A stretch of DNA of 64,000 bases, from positions 805,062 through 869,061 of the forward strand of contig JAHQJS010000004.1 in the NCBI GenBank assembly GCA_019057385.1, written 5' to 3'. The stretch comes from Candidatus Borrarchaeum weybense. GTDB lineage: Archaea; Asgardarchaeota; Sifarchaeia; Borrarchaeales; Borrarchaeaceae. This document shows positions 37,463 through 46,629 of this stretch, piece after piece. The number at the start of each line of letters is the position of its first letter. Within the stretch, counting starts at the first letter, position 1. The position numbers and the translations under genes were made by a program. The notes under the pieces are model-generated. The model was given only the letters and a program-made list of their open reading frames with translations. It was not told the DNA's origin and did not search any database.

Positions 37463-39820
37463 TCATTTTTCTAATAACTTTTTCTTTGACTTAGTTACTG
37501 CAGGACAAGATGGGCAGAAATCTGTCAAAAATCTGTAGATCCGTTCAATTTCCAATGAATTAAGATCGTAAAGCGTAAATAATAATGTATTAATTCTCTT
37601 TAGGTGGTTTTGGATATCAGAATCATTAGCGTTAGCTTCAAGAATTTTGTTAACATTTTTTACAATTTCATCAATGATATTTTCTTCTGTTGAGGTTTCT
37701 GGTAATTTAAGGGGAAGATATCTCAGAATTTCCCTATATTTTATACTTCCTCCAGGAATTACTAATCCCCAAAACATTGCTCGATAGTAAAATTCGGCTA
37801 ATGGGGAATTTAAATAGGCCAAGGCGTATTTTGTTAAAAGATTCTCACGATCCTCATTGTATTTGTCCTTTAAAAAAAGTAGATAAAGTGTATTGAGGGC
37901 GTAAAAAAACTTTGCATGGTCTGGTTTTGAATCATCCCCACCATCATAGGCTACTGTTAGGAATTTGCTTGTATTTCTGAAAAATAGTTTTTTTCTATTA
38001 AAAATAGACGGTTTTTTGGATAGATAGAGCCTTTCATGATCTGTTTCTGGCTTATATTTAAGATATATATGCCTCCAGTTAATTCTGTATCGATCTATAT
38101 CTAAACCATCAATAATTCTTCGATGGCGTTTTTGTTGTAATGATGACAAGGATTTGTATTGTTCTTCACTGATTAGAACTAATTTTCGCGTCTCTGGGCT
38201 TCCAATTCGTATGCATTGCTCAATCTTAAAGACATCTCCCAATAAAGATACCTCATCTTCCATCTTTTTAATAATCGAATAATATTTTTTGCCTAAAAAT
38301 GGAGAAAAGATGTTTTCTTGCGTCATAAAAAAGTAAGATTGGGGGAACATCATTACAATATGTTTTGGTGTTTCTTTCTCAGGAGAGGGTATAGAACTTA
38401 ACGAGTGTAAATCGTTTGTCTTGAGAACAACTGAAGTTATCGGATCGACCTTTTTATTAGTCTTTGTCTTTTGAAAAATGTAAATTCCTACACTAACGTC
38501 CTGTTTAAATACTGATTCATATAATGCGAGGTTAATCATTTTTTTGATGCGACACTTTTCTAATATGTATTCACGCAATGCTCTCCCATATCCACTATAA
38601 ACCATAAAAGCGGTTGGTAAAAGAAATCCAAGCATTCCATCAGATTTTAAAAGATCGATCGATCGTTCTATAAAGAGAACATATAGATTTAGACGTCCTT
38701 TTGCAGTTCTAAATTTTTTCTGATAAGACTCTCTCTTTTCTTTTGATATTTGTGTAACACCAACGTATGGGGGATTTCCTATGATGTAATCAAAAGAATC
38801 GTCGTCAAGTCCTGATTCGGTCAGAAAATCAGAACAGAATATCGGAGTTTTAGGAAGTACGAATGATGGTTTCTCTTGAAGAGCTTTTTTGTAATAAGGC
38901 AATAATTCGAGTACAAACCTTAGTTTTGTCATAAGACAAGAAAAGGGATAGATATCGAGACCTAAAATCTTTGAGCTATTGAATAACTCCTCTAAAACTT
39001 GAGACCATCCGAATAATTCGGCATCTTCTGTCACATCTGAGATATATCGTTTCAAAGCCTCTATTAGAAAAACTCCACTACCACATGAAGGATCTAACAG
39101 TTTCTTTTTGTTCAGTTGATTTCCTTTTAGATAACCAACACTATCTAGAATAATTTTAACTACAGATAATGGTGTATAAAACTCTCCTAAGTTTTTTCGA
39201 ATCTGTCTATCTATTATATGTTGATAAAGTTCACCAAAAATGTCAGTTTCTTGAGATAAAGATGTTTCTTCTAAGAACTTCATCATGTTACTTAAACCAG
39301 TTCTCAATTTCTCTAAATGAGATAACATTCTTTCGGGTACGGCTTTTTCGTTTTCGAATTTTTCAAAAGGTTCAAACCACCAATCGAATTGTTTTTCGTA
39401 GGGTTCACTATAGAGAAGATGAGTATCTATTTCGAAAATGAATTGCACGATATCAGTTAAAGATTGCTTTTTAGAAGCGAAAGCTGCTTGAGAAAAAGGT
39501 AATTTGTATTTCTGTGAGAAAATCGCTAGAATGGATTTGAATAACATAACCAGTAAGGTTTCAATACAAAAAAGTGTTTTTTGCGTACTTTCATTCTTCA
39601 AACCCACATCGTTTATTATATTTTTCCATGTGCGAGGTATTATTTTGGGTAGTTTTCCTTTGGAATACAGTTTCCATTCAGTAAAAATGATTTGAAGTTT
39701 TTTTGAATCATAAAGATGATATTCAAACAAAGCAAGCAAAGATTGAACGACAATGTAAAAAGAAGAATCCTCTTTTAGAGCAAATATTTTTAAAACTTTG
39801 TCCTTTGCAATAGAGTCCAT
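37463..39820 (-). CDS. N6-adenine DNA methyltransferase (Eco57I/TaqI-like) with C-terminal TRD
   Basis: LGEFYTP, LLDPSCGSGVFL (motif I), IIGNPPY (motif IV), LAYLNS. Confidence 0.9.
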   Translation of the reverse strand: MDSIAKDKVLKIFALKEDSSFYIVVQSLLALFEYHLYDSKKLQIIFTEWKLYSKGKLPKIIPRTWKNIINDVGLKNESTQKTLFCIETLLVMLFKSILAIFSQKYKLPFSQAAFASKKQSLTDIVQFIFEIDTHLLYSEPYEKQFDWWFEPFEKFENEKAVPERMLSHLEKLRTGLSNMMKFLEETSLSQETDIFGELYQHIIDRQIRKNLGEFYTPLSVVKIILDSVGYLKGNQLNKKKLLDPSCGSGVFLIEALKRYISDVTEDAELFGWSQVLEELFNSSKILGLDIYPFSCLMTKLRFVLELLPYYKKALQEKPSFVLPKTPIFCSDFLTESGLDDDSFDYIIGNPPYVGVTQISKEKRESYQKKFRTAKGRLNLYVLFIERSIDLLKSDGMLGFLLPTAFMVYSGYGRALREYILEKCRIKKMINLALYESVFKQDVSVGIYIFQKTKTNKKVDPITSVVLKTNDLHSLSSIPSPEKETPKHIVMMFPQSYFFMTQENIFSPFLGKKYYSIIKKMEDEVSLLGDVFKIEQCIRIGSPETRKLVLISEEQYKSLSSLQQKRHRRIIDGLDIDRYRINWRHIYLKYKPETDHERLYLSKKPSIFNRKKLFFRNTSKFLTVAYDGGDDSKPDHAKFFYALNTLYLLFLKDKYNEDRENLLTKYALAYLNSPLAEFYYRAMFWGLVIPGGSIKYREILRYLPLKLPETSTEENIIDEIVKNVNKILEANANDSDIQNHLKRINTLLFTLYDLNSLEIERIYRFLTDFCPSCPAVTKSKKKLLEK

Positions 39821-40029
39821 AGTCTTCCATCACGAATACGATTTGAATCACAGAAACGGTATTTGAACATCTATACTGATAACTAAACCGTATTTTGACT
39901 TATAACTTAACTGGCGAGTAGACTCGTAAAAAAGATAATCTTATAAGGCAAAATATAGAAATATGAGTTCAAAACTCGACCTTAGGCGGTTGATACTAAG
40001 AAACAAGGTGAACGAAAATAGCTTTTGAA

Positions 40030-40317
40030 ATGGATGATATTCTAGCAGAATTAGATAAAGAAAAACAGGCATTGAGAATTAGCATAGTTAGACGCAAATA
40101 TGGGAAAAAGGTCACTCTCCTTTCTGGTTTTGGAATTTCAAAAAGTAAGCTCAAACAAATAGCTAAAAAATTGAAAAAGACGCTTGGTTGCGGAGGTACA
40201 GTAACCGAAGTTAATCAAGAACTTATTATTGAACTTCAAGGCGATTGGCGTAATGATCTTCCAGAGCTTCTAGAAGCTGAGGGGTATAATGCAGAGGAAA
40301 TAACCATCAGAAAATAG
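40030..40317 (+). CDS. sui1: Translation initiation factor SUI1/aIF1
   Basis: RRKYGKKVT, LKKTLGCGGTV, IELQGD. Confidence 0.93.
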   Translation: MDDILAELDKEKQALRISIVRRKYGKKVTLLSGFGISKSKLKQIAKKLKKTLGCGGTVTEVNQELIIELQGDWRNDLPELLEAEGYNAEEITIRK

Positions 40318-40700
40318 ATCTAAAAACTTGTTTGCGTTCAGATCAAGAAATCTGTATGTGCTCAAATATATCAATATTTGAAGTTAAATTGATCCGTTAT
40401 GAGCTGAACTTTAGTAAATAAGCTGGTGAAGGGTCAGCAGGTTAAATTTCGTGCAACTACGATATTCTCCTCTTTTTCCAATTTTTAAACTCTTTAAACC
40501 TCTATTACGTGCATGAGTTATCAATTATATTATATTATATTGAACGTCAAAGTTGTATACTAATTTTAGTGGTATTCGTGATCATATAAGGTATTTTTTT
40601 ATAGAAGGATTTGCAATAAAAAGCAGTATTATACTATTTTTTGATGACGAAAAAGGATGTCATGTTTCTGTAAAAATCGTTTAAGAGAATGATAGGTGAA

Positions 40701-40970
40701 GTCAATTACCCCACCCTGACGGATGGGGCTTGTTCCGTGAGGAGCAAGAGCAATTAGTTGATTAGCCTAAGAGAGGTCGTGGTAAAACATGGCGGTATCT
40801 ACGTTATCAGGAGTGTTAAAGAACACACCAAGGGATGCTTCTCTAGTCCCTTGCTCTGTAAATGGTGGTTTAAACAGAGAGGAAACTCTCAGTGATCATC
40901 GTACAGTACTGACTGATAACCTTGGCGAAGAGAACCAACCTACTTTAATATTCGTTAAAGGAGGAGATAG
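40701..40970 (+). ncRNA. IscB omegaRNA scaffold (HEARO-type); guide is the flank at about 40681-40700
   Basis: GTCAA...GTTGATTAG, CTACGTTATCAG, GGGATGCTTCTCTAGTCCC, CTGATAACCTTGGCGAAGAG hallmarks directly upstream of iscB. Confidence 0.85.
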
Positions 40971-40973
40971 GAC

Positions 40974-42185
40974 TTGAGAGTACCTATCTATGTCTTAAAC
41001 ATGAGAGGGCAACCGCTCATGCCTACCACACAACCCAAAGGAAAGAAATTATTACACGAAGGCAAGGCAAAGGTTGTTCAGCGATGCCCTTTTACCATTC
41101 AGTTGAACTATGCAACCGGAGAAACCAAACAACCGATTACACTCGGATTGGACATCGGATATACGAACATCGGATTTAGTGCCAAGACCGAAAAATTAGA
41201 AGTCATCAGCGGCACGTTAATCTTACGACAAGACGTCTCTAACAAGCTAGACGAAAAACGGAGGTACCGCAAAACTCGTAGAGGTAGACTAGGGTATCGA
41301 CCACCTCGCTTTAATAACCGAACACGACCTGAAGGCTGGTTAACCCCTAGTACTCAGCATCGACTTGACTCACATATTCGATTAGTTGAAAAACTTGAAA
41401 CACTGCTGCCGATCAGCTACAAGAAGGGAGAAGTGGCTAATTTCGACGCTCACAAAATGCAGCAGCCAGAAATTACAGGAGTCGCATATCAGCAGGGCAC
41501 ACTTCAAGGCTATGAAGTCAAAGAATATCTGTTAGACAAGTGGGGACGTGCATGTGCTTATTGTGGTAAAACAAACATCCCCTTAGAAGTCGAGCATATC
41601 GTCCCGAAAAGCCGAGGTGGAACAGACCGAGTGTCGAATTTGACGTTATCATGTAGGAAATGTAACCTTAAAAAAGGAGATCAGACCGCCGAGGAGTTTG
41701 GCTATCCTACCATTCAGAAACAGGCAAAGCAGCCTCTTAAAGCACCGGCATGTCTGAATACTATTCGTTGGAGGATCGTGGAGCAGTTAGGGGCAGAGTA
41801 TACTTACGGATACGTAACAAAATACCACCGCAATAAGTTAGGGCTGGAAAAGTCGCATGTTAATGACGCATTTGTCATTGCCGGCGGCAAAAACCAAGAA
41901 CGATGCCTACCTTATGAGGTCATGCAAGTGAGGCGTAATAATCGTTCTATACAGACGAATCGAAAGGGATTTAAACCGTCAATTAGGAGACAGAGGTATC
42001 AGTTGCAACCCCACGATGTGGTAAGCTGTAATGGAAAACCATACAAAGTCAAAGGCGTATTCAATTATGGAAGATGGGTACGATTATGCGATTCACAGGG
42101 AGCAATCGTCAACGCCACGATCAAACACGTGGTGTTGTTGAAATACGGAAAAGGATTAGTATTTACGTTTGAAAATAACAACTAA
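40974..42185 (+). CDS. iscB: IscB RNA-guided endonuclease
   Basis: PLMP, RuvC-I LGLDIG, Arg-rich bridge helix, RuvC-II GEVANFD, HNH CAYC..EHIVPKSRGG..NL...CRKCN, RuvC-III SHVNDA. Confidence 0.96.
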   Translation: MRVPIYVLNMRGQPLMPTTQPKGKKLLHEGKAKVVQRCPFTIQLNYATGETKQPITLGLDIGYTNIGFSAKTEKLEVISGTLILRQDVSNKLDEKRRYRKTRRGRLGYRPPRFNNRTRPEGWLTPSTQHRLDSHIRLVEKLETLLPISYKKGEVANFDAHKMQQPEITGVAYQQGTLQGYEVKEYLLDKWGRACAYCGKTNIPLEVEHIVPKSRGGTDRVSNLTLSCRKCNLKKGDQTAEEFGYPTIQKQAKQPLKAPACLNTIRWRIVEQLGAEYTYGYVTKYHRNKLGLEKSHVNDAFVIAGGKNQERCLPYEVMQVRRNNRSIQTNRKGFKPSIRRQRYQLQPHDVVSCNGKPYKVKGVFNYGRWVRLCDSQGAIVNATIKHVVLLKYGKGLVFTFENNN

Positions 42186-42242
42186 AATACCGCAATTCAA
42201 CTCCACCCTTGTGGATGGAGTCTTCTTGCGGAGGTGAAATAA

Positions 42243-42602
42243 ATGGATGAAGAAAATTCTAATGAAAATGAAGATAAAATGAAATATGTTAAATATGTTG
42301 AATTTTTAGATCTTGATAACATGATTAGAGCAATGGTAAGTTCTAGAGCGCCGTTACTTTTGCATATAGACTTTAATGGAAGGCATATATATTTCCAATC
42401 CCAACCAGGATTCAAGGAGACAATTTTTTACTATGTTGAATTACCTGAAGCAATTAATGAAAACTTTGTTGTGTATGACTTAATGACTGGAAAGATTAGT
42501 TTTTCAGACCAGCTACAAATAGACCCAAACCGGAGATCAATTCCGATCGTCGAAATATCGAAACAAAACATTTTTCCTAAGGAGATCTTAGATTCAAAGT
42601 AG
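42243..42602 (+). CDS. Conserved archaeal hypothetical protein
   Basis: 119 aa, GGAGGTGA RBS, globular beta-rich pattern. Confidence 0.7.
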   Translation: MDEENSNENEDKMKYVKYVEFLDLDNMIRAMVSSRAPLLLHIDFNGRHIYFQSQPGFKETIFYYVELPEAINENFVVYDLMTGKISFSDQLQIDPNRRSIPIVEISKQNIFPKEILDSK

Positions 42603-44034
42603 ATAAGGGTTTTTGATAGACTTTATACAATGTAGAACTAATTAGTATTATTGCTGGAAGAATTATAGCGAATCCTAGCAGTGGCGAAATATTCCAGACA
42701 AAACTGTGTATTTGTCCTGCAAATAATAGACGTAAATTGTAGTCCAAATATTCTACATTTGTTGGATGGACATTTGTAAGAGCACCAAGTCCATTTACTG
42801 CAATACTAACAAAGGTCAACAAACTAAAGACAGTCCAAAATGCATATACACCATATTTTTTCACAATTGAGTTATTCTGTAAATACTCACCAAAGAAGAT
42901 TTTTCTAGGGTCAGTCAAGATTCTCCCTATTGGGATACAGAGCAGTGGTAATACTGGATCTAAACGTCTCGATCCAAATACGTATCCACTTGAATAGGCA
43001 AGAGGGGCAAAAAAGAACAGAATGATTAAAAAAATAGAGAGGAAGAGAATACCTTCTTTTCTATCTTGCGAATCCCTTATCATTAAAATGAAACCTGGAA
43101 TTGAAAATAATAAAACAGATGAATAGAAAAAGAGCCCACGACGAGGTGTCAATAAAAATCTGAGCAAACCAAGATGTAACGGACGTGAATAGCTCCAATC
43201 AAATGCATTTTTAGGATATATTGCATACGTATAAGTTGTTACAAAAGGACTTCCGAAGCATACATAATGATATGTTAATAGAACAAGCAACCAGAGGATA
43301 GCAGGCAGGATAAAAGAGAAAACAAGTCGTCGATTCTCTCTAAATAATATATAACCGATAAAGGGCAGGAAGAATACAACATTTGAATAGTCTAATAAGA
43401 GAAGATATCCCGCTAAAGTTCCTGAAAGTAAGTATCGAATCATCTGGTTTTTTACATCCTCATCTTTATTCCTTGAAATTAGAAAATAGACTGCTGAAAG
43501 TACAAAGAATGCAGAGAAGGAATTGGCATATAAGGTGACTGCGTGAGGAAAGGCAAAGGTAGCAAAACCATATATTGAACTTACCAACAAGCCTGTCTTT
43601 TCTGACATTCCTAAAGAGTTGACACATAGTAAATATAAGAGAGTAACAGTGGCAGATGTAAAGACACATGTTAATGAAATAAGAATGATTCCATCAAGAG
43701 GATATGGGATCCCTAGCACCTTGGTAATAAAAAGAACTGGAACACCCAAAAATGTGAGACCTGGGGGTTTGTTTGGGTAAAAATGCCCTGAGGGGGCAAG
43801 GACAAGATCCCACATATCATTTCTAAGAAATGTTGGTACAAAACGATCAATATACAAAACATTGTCTTCTACAATTGCTTTAATCTGTACATATCTTGTT
43901 CTTTCACTCGCAGAGTCCCAGTATAGACCGTTATTAAAGAAAACATAAACCAAAAATGTTCCAAGAAACAGTTTGAGAGAATTTAACTCCTTAAGGGAAC
44001 GTATTCTAATACGCCATGTGCTTTGGTTATCCAA
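42577..44034 (-). CDS. GT-C/ArnT-PMT-like membrane glycosyltransferase
   Basis: Multi-TM; NKPPG loop, FGSPF.T.Y, RGLFFYS, FGSRRL. Confidence 0.7.
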   Translation of the reverse strand: MDNQSTWRIRIRSLKELNSLKLFLGTFLVYVFFNNGLYWDSASERTRYVQIKAIVEDNVLYIDRFVPTFLRNDMWDLVLAPSGHFYPNKPPGLTFLGVPVLFITKVLGIPYPLDGIILISLTCVFTSATVTLLYLLCVNSLGMSEKTGLLVSSIYGFATFAFPHAVTLYANSFSAFFVLSAVYFLISRNKDEDVKNQMIRYLLSGTLAGYLLLLDYSNVVFFLPFIGYILFRENRRLVFSFILPAILWLLVLLTYHYVCFGSPFVTTYTYAIYPKNAFDWSYSRPLHLGLLRFLLTPRRGLFFYSSVLLFSIPGFILMIRDSQDRKEGILFLSIFLIILFFFAPLAYSSGYVFGSRRLDPVLPLLCIPIGRILTDPRKIFFGEYLQNNSIVKKYGVYAFWTVFSLLTFVSIAVNGLGALTNVHPTNVEYLDYNLRLLFAGQIHSFVWNISPLLGFAIILPAIILISSTLYKVYQKPLSTLNLRSP

Positions 44035-44094
44035 CAGATCACCTATATATAATATCTTGTGCTAACAATCTCGGCTAAAACTGACTCATGTGAG

Positions 44095-44520
44095 TTAGAA
44101 TGAAAAAATTTCTTTTTCATTCATCTTTAAGACTTGTTCAGCAATGTTATGCATATTAAACCGATCTACATCTTTAATTTGTTTCTTAATGTGCTCTAAA
44201 AATTCTGGGAGAACCTTAATTTCAAATTTGTTACCAGATTGTGTCTTAAAAACTCCAAAAATATCTCCATTTCTAGAGTATTTTATTTCAAGATTACCTT
44301 TTCCAATTGTACACCCTGTCGAAAATTGGATTCCATCAAGTAGACATCGATAGGGAGGCCTCTCCCTTGTTTGAATAAAGGCCTCTAGTTCGAAATGTCC
44401 TTTAGAATTTAAGTATTCGAGGGCTAAGAGACCCATGCGGATACCTATAGCTAAGAAAACACCTGGATGACCATGAAATCGAACAGAGTGATCATATATT
44501 GTCTTCAGTTCTGTATCCAT
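44095..44520 (-). CDS. FmdE-family protein
   Basis: RFHGHPGVFLAIGIRMG, CLLDGIQFSTGCTIGKGN. Confidence 0.9.
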   Translation of the reverse strand: MDTELKTIYDHSVRFHGHPGVFLAIGIRMGLLALEYLNSKGHFELEAFIQTRERPPYRCLLDGIQFSTGCTIGKGNLEIKYSRNGDIFGVFKTQSGNKFEIKVLPEFLEHIKKQIKDVDRFNMHNIAEQVLKMNEKEIFSF

Positions 44521-44656
44521 TTTTTACCACACATATAAGTCTGAAAAGATTGAATCTTGCGGATTATTTTTCGAGAAAATTTATTTATTTATTGTTTGAT
44601 TTTTTAATTGTACAAGTAGAAGTACTCAAAGATATTAAAAACAATTATGTCGCGCA

Positions 44657-45139
44657 GTGGGTCACCTAGAACGGGGGTCTTTTTTGATCGATGAACTTAT
44701 CATAATGAATCAACAAGGCACAATTTTATTTTACACTAATTACACGGATGAGAAATGTGATAATAACTTTATATCGAACCTCATTCTAGCAATACAACAA
44801 TTCGCCGAAATAGTTCTTAGTAGTAATTTGGAAGCAATCAGACTTAAGGATAGTAAATATATTTTTTTAAAAGATGATGATTTGTCAGTTGCCATTAGAA
44901 CAAATGAACAGCAAGTCACCGAAAAAATGCAAGAACTTATCTATTTAATAAGAAATCGATTTTTGGAAAAATTTGGATTGCTTAAAAACTTCTCTGGCGA
45001 CGTTTCGATTTTTAATACATTTGAAAATGAATTGTTAGAGATATTACCAAATGAGAAGCCAAAAATAACAAGCCAAGAGCTTCTTACAGAACTTTTTGGA
45101 ATCAAAATAAACAGCAAAAAGATACTAAATGAACTATAA
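44657..45139 (+). CDS. Longin/roadblock-like protein
   Basis: LIIMNQQGTILF...ISNLILAIQQFAE...FSGDVSIFNTFE. Confidence 0.7.
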   Translation: MGHLERGSFLIDELIIMNQQGTILFYTNYTDEKCDNNFISNLILAIQQFAEIVLSSNLEAIRLKDSKYIFLKDDDLSVAIRTNEQQVTEKMQELIYLIRNRFLEKFGLLKNFSGDVSIFNTFENELLEILPNEKPKITSQELLTELFGIKINSKKILNEL

Positions 45140-45150
45140 ATTATAAGGAG

Positions 45151-45486
45151 ATGATTAGAATACAGGAAATTTCTACGGTATTATTGGGTACAATATTTTC
45201 AGTATTAGGACTGATTTTGTTCCTTTATTGTTTACTAGTTGTTAGAAAAATACTGCAGCTCTTTCCACAGGCAAAAATGCGTAAAGATTGGATGATAATA
45301 GGAATTTTGATCGGATTTTTCGCGATTGGGTATGCAGTCAATATTTGGGCACTTCTCACAGAAAATCTTCTCGTTCAAAGCTTCATGCAATCATTCGTGT
45401 ACTTGTTTGGTGCCATATTTGTGGTAGTTGTCATCCAGCTGAGTTATAGAACATATAAACTCATTCTAAAATCTGCTAAAGAATGA
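45151..45486 (+). CDS. Small 3-TM membrane protein
   Basis: AGGAG RBS, three hydrophobic helices. Confidence 0.7.
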   Translation: MIRIQEISTVLLGTIFSVLGLILFLYCLLVVRKILQLFPQAKMRKDWMIIGILIGFFAIGYAVNIWALLTENLLVQSFMQSFVYLFGAIFVVVVIQLSYRTYKLILKSAKE

Positions 45487-45640
45487 TGGCAATAGTTTGA
45501 AGACCTAGTAGATTCAAAAAACGAATCTACTAGCATTTTCTTATTCAATACGCAAGAACACATTTTTTTCAAAGGATAGAACATGGATACATGCCAATAT
45601 GTCCATAACATCATGTTTATATCTAAGTTGAAACATTAAA

Positions 45641-46147
45641 TTGATGCTCAATTTTGATGATCGCATTATTTACGAAAGGAGTGGTAATCACATGCAAAAG
45701 ATTGAATTTGATAGTGAACCATTATTACAGGAATTTCAATTCGCACTCTTATGTTCCCTTAAAGATCCCAAAAGAGAATTAAATAAAGCATGCAGCGTTA
45801 TTGGTGAACGTTTTGGAGATATTGATATAAAATTTTCATCCTTAGATGAGTTCGCAAATTATTTTCAAAACTTCCTAAAAGATTATCTCAATATAGCAGA
45901 TGGCGTTTCTGTGAAGTATGAAAATCATGTATTAACAATTGATATAGAAGGATGTAAATTCTGTCCAGCGAACACTAAATTTAAAATTGAAAAGAAGCAG
46001 GGTGCAGTATGTCCCCTAGGAGGGCTACTTCGAGGTGCTCTCAAAAATGTTGATGGGAAAATGAAGTTATTTCGCTGGAAAGCCACAGAAAAACCTCCAG
46101 AAACTATTGGGATTTGTACTACCACTTACGAAGTTAAAATCGAATGA
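45641..46147 (+). CDS. V4R-like small-ligand-binding protein (likely start ATG 45672)
   Basis: IEGCKFCP...AVCPLGGLLRGAL...IC pattern. Confidence 0.6.
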   Translation: MMLNFDDRIIYERSGNHMQKIEFDSEPLLQEFQFALLCSLKDPKRELNKACSVIGERFGDIDIKFSSLDEFANYFQNFLKDYLNIADGVSVKYENHVLTIDIEGCKFCPANTKFKIEKKQGAVCPLGGLLRGALKNVDGKMKLFRWKATEKPPETIGICTTTYEVKIE

Positions 46148-46192
46148 AACAAATCAAGAAAGACTTACTTTCTTCATATACTTCTTTTTTAC

Positions 46193-46512
46193 GAGTAGCT
46201 AAGCAAGAAAGCACCACCGCTTCAGCGTAGTGATGAATGGCGGTAGGGTGTGTTCACTTTCATCACGTGCATCGAGGGGTCTCCCTAACGTTATATAGGT
46301 GGAATGAGGAAGGTATCAATACCAATTGGAGGGATCATACGCACACTTGCCAACAAGGTGCATACTCCGATTCGATTGCCTCACCATCGTTAGCCGTACC
46401 TACGGGGCGTAGGGATGTTAAGCCTGTGGAGATAAGACCTCCGTAACCCGCAAGGGGATCGAGTCTGTCGTTGAAGCAGGAAGCCTTGTGGCTTTAGCAC
46501 GAGGTAGCTCAC
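46193..46512 (+). mobile_element. Protein-less IS605 mini-element with TnpB-type omegaRNA/right end
   Basis: TTAC flank, left-end GCAAGAAAGCACCACCGCTTCAGCG..GATGAATGGCG, and right-end GTACCTACGGGGCGTAGGGA..AAGCCTGTGGAGA...TGAAGCAGGAAGCC...GGTAGCTCAC. Confidence 0.8.
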
Positions 46513-46590
46513 TATAATTTAGTGTCTCAAAGTCTATAAATGATCCAGAACTCTCAGGATTTTATTTCTGGTAAAAACTCTCATTTTTTT

Positions 46591-46620
46591 AAAAAAAGGT
46601 AGGGGATCTGAGCCCCTTAC
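46591..46620 (-). terminator. Hairpin plus U-tract terminator of the formamidase gene
   Basis: Minus strand AGGGG-loop-CCCCT followed by ACCTTTTTTT. Confidence 0.55.
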
Positions 46621-46629
46621 GAAAAAAGT

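Larger units (their letters stand above)
40701..42238 (+). mobile_element. Non-autonomous IS200/IS605 element carrying omegaRNA and iscB
   Basis: Starts GTCAATTACCCCACCC hairpin; ends GCAATTCAACTCCACCCTTGTGGATGGAGTCTTCTTGCGGAGGTGAA|ATAA; no tnpA. Confidence 0.85.

Noticed and set aside
39850-39920. Short words shared with the interior of the 48044-48301 element (AAACCGTATTT, AACTGGCGAGT)
   Set aside because: 11-mers in different order; compatible with chance.
40789-40977. 62-aa ORF upstream of iscB
   Set aside because: Lies within the omegaRNA scaffold.
46237-46446. 69-aa ORF (and the 82-aa ORF at 48230..48478)
   Set aside because: Overlap IS mini-element ends and scaffold; no protein features.
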